32,000 bases of DNA. It comes from Wolbachia endosymbiont of Cimex lectularius (lineage in GTDB: Bacteria > Pseudomonadota > Alphaproteobacteria > Rickettsiales > Anaplasmataceae). A program made the translations under genes and the position numbers. The notes below the pieces were generated by a model. That model was not told the origin of the DNA, did no database searches, and saw nothing but the letters and a program-made list of their open reading frames with translations. Positions 27,566 to 32,000 of this stretch are shown here, one piece after another; the stretch's first letter is position 1; the number at the start of each line of letters is the position of its first letter. The DNA lies in NCBI RefSeq assembly GCF_000829315.1, contig NZ_AP013028.1:720001-752000 (forward strand). The letters run 5' to 3'.

Positions 27566-28552
27566 TCAAGGGACTTTAATGATATTCAATCCACTTACTT
27601 TTCTATCTTCCATATTGCGATGAGCCTCTATTATTTCATCGAATTTATACTTTCTGTTAATCCTCACAGTTAAAAGTTTTTTCCTTATCATCTCAAAGGT
27701 TTCCATTGCAGTAAGCACTAGTGTGAATCTGTCGTGCTTATAATGATATATCGAGGTTCCTGTAGCAAATAGCGAACGTGAGCTAAGTAAAGAAAAGCTA
27801 ACCAGAGCGCTGCCTGATATCTGTCCATAGGAAACATATATGCCGAACTTGCCTAAAGATTCGAAAGAAAGCTTGCTTGTAGCATAGCCTATTGGGTCAT
27901 ATACTGCACCTACTCCTTTATTTTGTGTGATCTCCATAATTTTAGAAACAAAGTCTTTATCATTGTAATTTACTGCGTATGTGCAGCCATTCTGCAAAGC
28001 TATCTTCATTTTTTCGTCAGAACTTACAGAACCTATAACTACCCCTTTTTTATCCTTTGCCCATTGGCATATTATCTGTCCTAAACCACCACTGGCCCCA
28101 TGCACGAGCACAACAGCGCCAGGCTTTATTTTGTAAGACTGGTTAACCAGATAGTGAGCTGCCATGCCTTTAAATAGCACTGCTGCTGCAATTTCATCCG
28201 GTATTTCGTCTGGAATCTTTATCAGATATTTTTGGTGTATGGTACGTTTTTCACAATATGCTCCAGGTGGTGCTGTGCAATATCCAACTCTATCTCCAAT
28301 CTCTAAGCCATCGCTTACTTTTTTGCCAAGCTTTTCAACAACCCCAACTGCTTCTACTCCAAGCACTGATGGCAGGTTTTTAATTTTGCGAATGCCTTTT
28401 CTATGTTCCAAGTCATAACGATTTAAACCGATAGCTGTGTGACGCACCAAAACTTCCTCGCTTCTTGGCTCACTTGTGCTTTTATCTACAAATTCTAATA
28501 CTTCCGGTCCTCCAGTTCTTTTTATTTGTACGGCTTTAACCATGATGGACAT
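27566..28552 (-). CDS. qor: NADPH:quinone oxidoreductase / zinc-type alcohol dehydrogenase superfamily
   Basis: 328 aa. GGPEVLEF N-terminus and VLVHGASGGLGQ Rossmann nucleotide-binding motif (MDR superfamily). The start could be ATG 28552 or 28543. Confidence 0.8.
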   Translation of the reverse strand: MSIMVKAVQIKRTGGPEVLEFVDKSTSEPRSEEVLVRHTAIGLNRYDLEHRKGIRKIKNLPSVLGVEAVGVVEKLGKKVSDGLEIGDRVGYCTAPPGAYCEKRTIHQKYLIKIPDEIPDEIAAAVLFKGMAAHYLVNQSYKIKPGAVVLVHGASGGLGQIICQWAKDKKGVVIGSVSSDEKMKIALQNGCTYAVNYNDKDFVSKIMEITQNKGVGAVYDPIGYATSKLSFESLGKFGIYVSYGQISGSALVSFSLLSSRSLFATGTSIYHYKHDRFTLVLTAMETFEMIRKKLLTVRINRKYKFDEIIEAHRNMEDRKVSGLNIIKVP

Positions 28553-28638
28553 AAGATAAAAACTTTGGCTATATTACCTGATAATCAGTATCCTGTAAAA
28601 TTATTTAGAAATCTGTAAGGTATGTGTTGATAAAAGAA

Positions 28639-28712
28639 TCGGGGCGGAGAGATTTGAACTCCCGACCCTTTGGTCCCAAACCAAATGCGCTACCAGACTG
28701 CGCCACGCCCCG
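28639..28712 (-). tRNA. tRNA-Pro (anticodon UGG)
   Basis: 74 nt: CGGGGCG TG GCGC AGTCTGGTA GCGC A TTTGG TTTGGGA CCAAA GGGTC GGGAG TTCAAAT CTCTC CGCCCCG A. Clean cloverleaf, anticodon TGG with G37, and no encoded CCA. Confidence 0.95.
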
Positions 28713-28800
28713 ACTTTTTTATTCAGAATAGCAATAACTAAGATAAAATGCAAGGTTCATTTATTCACCAAAAAGCATTTGCTTTTGTCCATCATAATAC

Positions 28801-29155
28801 CTGCGCGGTAGCTAGCTGAATTCAGATTTTTTAGCAATAGAAACAAAAAAACTACTTGACAAGTTCCTCCAAACCCATTATTATAAGGTTGAAGCTATTA
28901 TTTATCTTCAGTCTGTGCAGATTAAACGACAAAAAAACTTAGTATATCTGGCGTACCATGTTTAATTTTTTGCACTATGTGCACCGTATGTCTTTTTAAA
29001 ACTTCTGGTTTTTTACCTATACAAGCTGAAACGCGTTTATAAGTCGTTTAAAACATAAAAAAACGCCAATATTATAGGATAGATAGTAAATAACTAGCTA
29101 CCGGAGTTTCTTTTGCTGTTTTTTCTCTATTCGGTAAATTTCTTAAATTTTATAG
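28801..29155 (+). repeat. Promoter-bearing modular repeat, copy E (modules P-S-T)
   Basis: The left flank gcgcggtagctagctgaattcagattttttagcaatagaaac matches copy C. TTGACA-17-TATTAT, S module 28950-29000, T module 29024-29155. Confidence 0.85.
28856..28884 (+). promoter_or_regulatory. Near-consensus sigma70 promoter in repeat copy E
   Basis: TTGACA 28856-28861, 17-bp spacer, TATTAT 28879-28884. Confidence 0.55.
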
Positions 29156-29174
29156 TTAAACTGGATCCCAGATG

Positions 29175-29203
29175 TTGACAAAAGCCTAGGTTAATCGTAT
29201 AAT
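29175..29203 (+). promoter_or_regulatory. Perfect-consensus sigma70 promoter (TTGACA-17-TATAAT) in front of the J-like gene
   Basis: TTGACA 29175-29180, 17-bp spacer aaagcctaggttaatcg, TATAAT 29198-29203. The -10 ends 4 nt before ATG 29208, so the transcript may start at or after that ATG. Confidence 0.55.
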
Positions 29204-29207
29204 TAAT

Positions 29208-29471
29208 ATGGTAACACCACTAAAAAGTATAATAAAACAGGTGTATGAAGTACGTGGGGGGTTTATGCTTATTGGTCATTATGAAGCAGGGATAGAGAGA
29301 AACGCTACTCAGAACGAGATAAAAAAAGCATATCATAAATTAGCAATGGAATATCATCCAGGTAAAAATTCTGATGGCGCAGAGGAATTAAAAAATATAA
29401 AAGGATCATATAGGTGCTATTTAATTGATACTTACTCGCCGTGTTATTCTTTTTCAATACAAATATTATGA
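29208..29471 (+). CDS. Degenerate J-domain-like ORF (HPD replaced by HPG), separated by a frameshift from the downstream ORF
   Basis: ..NATQNEIKKAYHKLAMEYHPGKNSDGAEELKNIKGSYRCYLID resembles J-domain helices II-III. The helix IV-like sequence (TRRVILFQYKYYEQLKGG) continues in the +1 frame. The functional start may be ATG 29265. Confidence 0.55.
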   Translation: MVTPLKSIIKQVYEVRGGFMLIGHYEAGIERNATQNEIKKAYHKLAMEYHPGKNSDGAEELKNIKGSYRCYLIDTYSPCYSFSIQIL

Positions 29472-29490
29472 ACAGTTAAAAGGAGGTCAT

Positions 29491-31473
29491 ATGGACAAAG
29501 AGACTACTAAAGCTATGTCTGCAGGATGTAGTGAACTAGACGTTACGAGATCTGTAAATTTTCTTGGGTCTGTTCTACTCTATCAGATGAATTTAGAAAA
29601 CGCATTAGTTTCACTTGGTTTTTCTTATAACACTTTAAGCGAACTGGATAAAGAGTTGAACCAAGTAAGAGAGCAGAATTATAGTGAAAAAGCACTGGAA
29701 ATGTATGAAAAACGCTTTAATGGAGTATTTAGAAGCAAGTATAGAAAGCTAAGCCTTGAATATAGGAATGATGGGAAAAAGACAAAGAACTTAAACAACA
29801 TGAAAAAGATAATGGAAGAACTATATGAAACATCAAAAGAGAGAGATAATTTTAGATATGTACTGTTTTCTGGAATAGCATTTGATTTATTATATCAGAA
29901 TAGAAAAAAATGTGCAACTTTAATAAACGAGAGTGTAGTAGCCGAACTGAGGAACTTGACTATTTGGCGTCAAACTGACCTAATGCATTATCGTAACGAC
30001 TTCTTAAAGAAAGCACAAGAATACCTTAATAGTTATAGAAATAGCCTGTGTAAAAATGAACAAATAGAGAAGGATTTTGGTAAATTGCAGGAATGGTATG
30101 TCAAAAAATATGAGAAAGATTGGTACAATAAATTGATTGAATTAAACAGTCGATGCAATAGTGATAAAAAGCTGAAGGCTATAAAAGGTGAAGTTGATAA
30201 TCTTGTAAAGAGGAGTAGTGAACAACTTAACATATTAAGAAATGTAGTCGAAAGAAAGTATGAACATAGTGCAAATGTATTAAATCAGATGCTTTCACTA
30301 ACTCCAACTATTTTAAAAAAGGATAGTAGTGTTAAAACTAAGGGATCTGATTTACGGAAAAAAGCCCCTTCCAACATTTCTGAAAAAGGTCAGCACATAG
30401 ACGAGGCCATTGATAGGTGCTTTGTGTCTCCGATATTAGAATATATCTATGTCACAAAAGTGTATAAAGAGCTGTTAGGAGGGGGTGATCTAACCATCAG
30501 AAATTCAGTCAAGGAATTTAGAGACTGTGTAAAAGCAAAGAGAACAGAAGAGTTTAACATCCAGAGTAAGATGAACAATTATTCGCTTAAGGAATTACAA
30601 ACAAAAATTGAAGCATTGAGAAATTTCTTATTTTATCAAGAAAATTTAAGCCTACAGGAAAAAGAAATAGAGAAGTATATTAACAATAATCAGTCAAGAG
30701 CAAAAGTAATATTAGTGCAGATGCTGGAAAGATGTGGGAAGCTTTTGGGAGAGGAATTCAAGGAGGAAAAGACATGGTTTAAAAGAGTAGGAGAGAAAAT
30801 AGAAAAGGAACGAAAAGCAACAGAGCAAGCAAATGCAAGGGCAGAACAGGAAGCTCAAAGGGCAGGACATATTAATAAGGTGAGTAAGATTTTTTTAAGA
30901 AAAATATATAGTCTTGGTGATGAGTTGCAAGATATAGTGGTGGAAAGTCAAGATGAAATTGTAGATGCGATCGTACAACGCATTATGGAATGTAGCTTTT
31001 CTCCACAACAAATACTGGATGCAATAATTGAAGAAATAAAATCTAATGAAGACCAAGTTAGAAGGGAGGGTAAAGTTAATGCTGAACTAATTGAAAATGT
31101 AATGAGAGGTTTTATAGTTGCAGTAGATGAAGAGCAAATTGAACCGAATACGGACATAGAAGGTGCTTGTAAATCTGAACATGAGGAAGAATTAGAATCA
31201 CAAAAAAGCTTAGATGACGATCAAAATAGTACAGAAAGGAACAAGTTGCTTATTATAACTGCTTCCGCTTCCGTTGGCTTATTGTTGGGCCTGAGCATAG
31301 CATATCTTGCAGGAGCTGCTACTTTGACTCCTATTGGTGCTGTTACGGTATTTGTTACAGCTGCAGTAGTTGGTACATCGGTAGGGTATGGTATCGGAAA
31401 GTTTTATGAGAAGGTTAGTAGCAAACTCTCTGATGTATCTACTGGACATTCTAAACTAGAGCTACTGGTGTAA
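29491..31473 (+). CDS. Large Lys/Glu-rich coiled-coil protein with an internal degenerate J-like domain and a C-terminal double-TM hairpin
   Basis: 660 aa from ATG 29491, preceded by aaggagg with 4-nt spacing; the ORF track starts at TTG 29425. KYRKLSLEYRNDGKK..MKKIMEELYETSKERDNFRY is J-like. Hydrophobic tail LLIITASASVGLLLGLSIAYLAGAATLTPIGAVTVFVTAAVVGTSVGYGIG. Confidence 0.7.
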   Translation: MDKETTKAMSAGCSELDVTRSVNFLGSVLLYQMNLENALVSLGFSYNTLSELDKELNQVREQNYSEKALEMYEKRFNGVFRSKYRKLSLEYRNDGKKTKNLNNMKKIMEELYETSKERDNFRYVLFSGIAFDLLYQNRKKCATLINESVVAELRNLTIWRQTDLMHYRNDFLKKAQEYLNSYRNSLCKNEQIEKDFGKLQEWYVKKYEKDWYNKLIELNSRCNSDKKLKAIKGEVDNLVKRSSEQLNILRNVVERKYEHSANVLNQMLSLTPTILKKDSSVKTKGSDLRKKAPSNISEKGQHIDEAIDRCFVSPILEYIYVTKVYKELLGGGDLTIRNSVKEFRDCVKAKRTEEFNIQSKMNNYSLKELQTKIEALRNFLFYQENLSLQEKEIEKYINNNQSRAKVILVQMLERCGKLLGEEFKEEKTWFKRVGEKIEKERKATEQANARAEQEAQRAGHINKVSKIFLRKIYSLGDELQDIVVESQDEIVDAIVQRIMECSFSPQQILDAIIEEIKSNEDQVRREGKVNAELIENVMRGFIVAVDEEQIEPNTDIEGACKSEHEEELESQKSLDDDQNSTERNKLLIITASASVGLLLGLSIAYLAGAATLTPIGAVTVFVTAAVVGTSVGYGIGKFYEKVSSKLSDVSTGHSKLELLV

Positions 31474-31632
31474 TTCAAATTGCTAAGTGTATGCTATAGC
31501 TAAAAGGGTTCTTCAAGACGACGTAGAGATATGGTATTGAGTGATATAAAAAGCAGAAAAATGTTAAAGCCATGCTATTGTTCTGTTTTTTAGCGTTCGG
31601 GGAAATCTTACTTTGGTTGGCTATACCAGACA

Positions 31633-31757
31633 GGTGAGTATAAAAGTTATGTTAAAATGCACCATTTTCATGGGAAACTGGGTCCCAGTGTCACGCACTT
31701 GGATGACAGGAGGAGGGGCTACTTGGATGACATCGTTTACTATGTTCATATTACAAT
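31633..31757. repeat. Composite hairpin repeat just 3' of petA, collinear with 7924-8086
   Basis: ggtgagtataaaagttatgttaaaat..gggtcccagtgtcacgcacttggatgacaggaggaggggctacttggatgacatcgtttactatgttcatattacaat. Confidence 0.8.
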
Positions 31758-31814
31758 ATTTTCAGTGTGCTCATCTGTGTTTCTCCTAAACCATAATGCA
31801 AGAGATCTACTAGG

Positions 31815-32000
31815 TTAAGCCTTTTTGCCAATTATCACAACATTTTCACTTGGGAAAAAATAATCAGGTATAGCCATATTTTTTGGTGCAGGCCCCCCAA
31901 TTACTCGACCTGATGTATCATAATATGAGCCATGGCAAGGACAAAACCAGCCGTTGCCGCCTTTTGTAGCATGATCAACCGGCACACACCCAAGATGGGT
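31815..32000 (-). CDS. petA: Ubiquinol-cytochrome c reductase Rieske iron-sulfur subunit, C-terminal part (gene runs off the window)
   Basis: Minus-strand translation [61 protein letters not shown] contains both Rieske boxes (CxH, CPCHGS). Not in the ORF track because it has no start in the window. Confidence 0.85.
   Translation of the reverse strand, partial: THLGCVPVDHATKGGNGWFCPCHGSYYDTSGRVIGGPAPKNMAIPDYFFPSENVVIIGKKA

Overview
AT-rich, gene-dense window. Its content fits a Rickettsiales endosymbiont and looks most like Wolbachia; that assignment is inferred from gene content, an ISWpi-like IS5 element and 'cccagtg..cactggg' hairpin repeats. Housekeeping genes: aspS, a ProP-like MFS transporter, thrS-infC, glmS, yajC, mutS, rnd, coaE, a nitronate-monooxygenase-like gene, lepB, iscU-iscA-hscB-hscA, ftsY, radA, qor, tRNA-Pro(UGG) and the 3' end of petA. 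Accessory or unusual content: (1) a modular intergenic repeat present 5 times, always on the + strand, each with TTGACA, a 17-bp spacer and a TAYNAT -10, so a candidate multi-copy sRNA or portable promoter; (2) hairpin repeats inserted in frame in hscA and mutS, and sitting just 3' of three minus-strand genes; (3) a full IS5-family element abutting a truncated inverted copy, which truncates an acidic effector-like ORF and a GNAT gene; (4) a frameshift-split J-domain-like gene (HPD>HPG) fused ancestrally to a 660-aa coiled-coil protein that has a second degenerate J-like domain (RND) and a C-terminal bilobed hydrophobic hairpin; (5) an HscB with no HPD motif. I found no CRISPR array, rRNA, prophage or recognisable defence or toxin module.
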